Shown here piece by piece: positions 62,863-64,000 of a stretch of 64,000 nucleotides of DNA (position 1 is its first letter; every line of letters begins with the position of its first letter). The notes below the pieces were generated by a model. It was not told the origin of the DNA. It saw only the letters and a list, made by a program, of their open reading frames with translations, and searched no databases. Made by a program: the position numbers and the translations under genes. This DNA comes from Anthoceros angustus (taxonomy: Eukaryota > Plantae > Anthocerotophyta): positions 1,054,001 to 1,118,000 of the forward strand of contig MU008172.1 in NCBI GenBank assembly GCA_010909165.1, in the 5' to 3' direction.

Positions 62863-63910
62863 ATGGATGGCACACCCGAAACAGAGCCTTACTACTTGCC
62901 CGAACTGTCTCAGCCAATTACAGACACCCAACACATGGAGCAGCTGGTATCATTGGCAATGGCGAACCCGCCCATAGAGTACCGCGAAGGCATAAGGCGT
63001 GCACGACGGCACAGTTGTGGTGGCAGTGCACATTCAGGTTCTGAGTCCGACTCTGAGCGACCAACTCCACCGCCAAAACCAGATGGCATGATGTGCCGCT
63101 GCCTCCAATTTGGAGTGCAGCCTCGGGCCGGTGGAAGGCGATGAGAAGGTGTGGGCGCACTGATTCGATGTGCACACCCCATATGTGTGGGGAGGGGGAG
63201 AGGGTAGGTGGGTGCTCCAAGTCATGGAGGCAGCAGGGTTGCCGGAAATGCATCATCGGTTTGTCACAGCAAGAGCAAGTTTGGAGGATGATGGGCCGTT
63301 GCCTGTGCTGCGGCCTGAGCAGCATCGGCCGAACGGGAAAGTTTGGGGAGCTTGCGCAGAAAGGTTGGGTCTTGGGTTCCTGGGTCGAGCAAAGGAGCTC
63401 GCAATATTCGTGCACCAAGCAGTTGAGGCACTCCGAGAGAATTGGCGTGAACACATCGTCGTCCTCAGATTTGAGACTGCAAGGGAGAAATTGTATTGTG
63501 ACGCCATGTTGGGAGAGCACTTGTTCACACTTCTGGTGGTGCAGAAGGTGGCCCAATTTGGAGAAATTACCTCGTCACCCAACAAGGCTGATTGGATTGG
63601 TGGGAACTTGCGACGCCATTGCAGGAGGAGGCACATTTCACAAGTGGATGTGGGGAAACACATATATGTGCGCGAGAGGGGCCCTATTGGGATCAACGCT
63701 GCTACCTTCGTGGATCGCCCATTATGCGTTAAGGTCCATGCTTACATCTACAAAGATGTGGCATTGTCACTATTGTGAAGCAAAGAATTGATGGGGCAAA
63801 CTTCTGCTGTATCACGAGGGTTTTGTTCACTCACAATGTGGTGGACCATTTTGTCATATGATTTCAAAGTGAATGACGAAGGCCATTACTACTCGAGGCG
63901 GCAGACATGA
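62863..63910 (+). CDS. Hypothetical protein divergent from TnpD (possible CACTA accessory gene), interrupted
   Basis: ORF pieces 62863-63144 and 63170-63778, with the frame staying open ~40 codons past the TGA at 63776-63778. No family recognised. Confidence 0.35.
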
Positions 63911-64000
63911 TCGCTGAGGCCCGCTTCACCTTGGCCGGAGGACGACTTCATGCCTTGTTGGCGGGCGATCACATGGGTACCTATTCGACAAGGACATGGA

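Larger units (their letters stand above)
7888..64000 (-). mobile_element. CACTA (En/Spm) DNA transposon carrying nested insertions; other end probably beyond the window
   Basis: The terminus at 7888, a TnpA-like ORF, the TnpD C-terminal part and the TnpD N-terminal part are all in the expected order on the minus strand. Treating them as one element is an inference. Confidence 0.55.

Overview
Eukaryotic, plant-like (streptophyte) nuclear DNA made up almost entirely of nested transposable elements. No host gene or RNA gene is recognisable. The sequence is very indel-rich and carries many microhomology-bounded tandem duplications, which suggests an unpolished long-read consensus, so most frameshifts may be errors. 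Layout: (1) 0.3-5.1 kb holds an unidentified degenerate ORF, minisatellites and four GC-rich palindromes. (2) 5164-7013 is a shortened solo LTR with a GGGTA target-site duplication. (3) A CACTA/En-Spm element starts at a CACTACTAGG terminus at 7888 and apparently runs past the window end. Its minus-strand TnpD gene is split, with the N-terminal part at ~60.9-61.8 kb and the C-terminal part at ~12.9-16.6 kb, at what looks like an intron holding ~44 kb of nested elements. (4) The nested block contains a Sola2-like DDD transposase pseudogene (~38.3-39.9 kb) bracketed by inverted ACATCACC motif arrays. (5) It also contains two full-length non-chromoviral Ty3/Gypsy elements in divergent orientation (~22.3-36.4 kb on minus; 40176-59224 on plus, TSD CCGCA). 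The most unusual feature is the ~4.3-4.5 kb LTRs. Each carries a ~2.7 kb sense-strand ORF whose N-terminal domain is conserved at protein level across three diverged LTR subfamilies in this window. The ORF is preceded by a conserved G-box and flanked by GTCCGGA(C) motif arrays.
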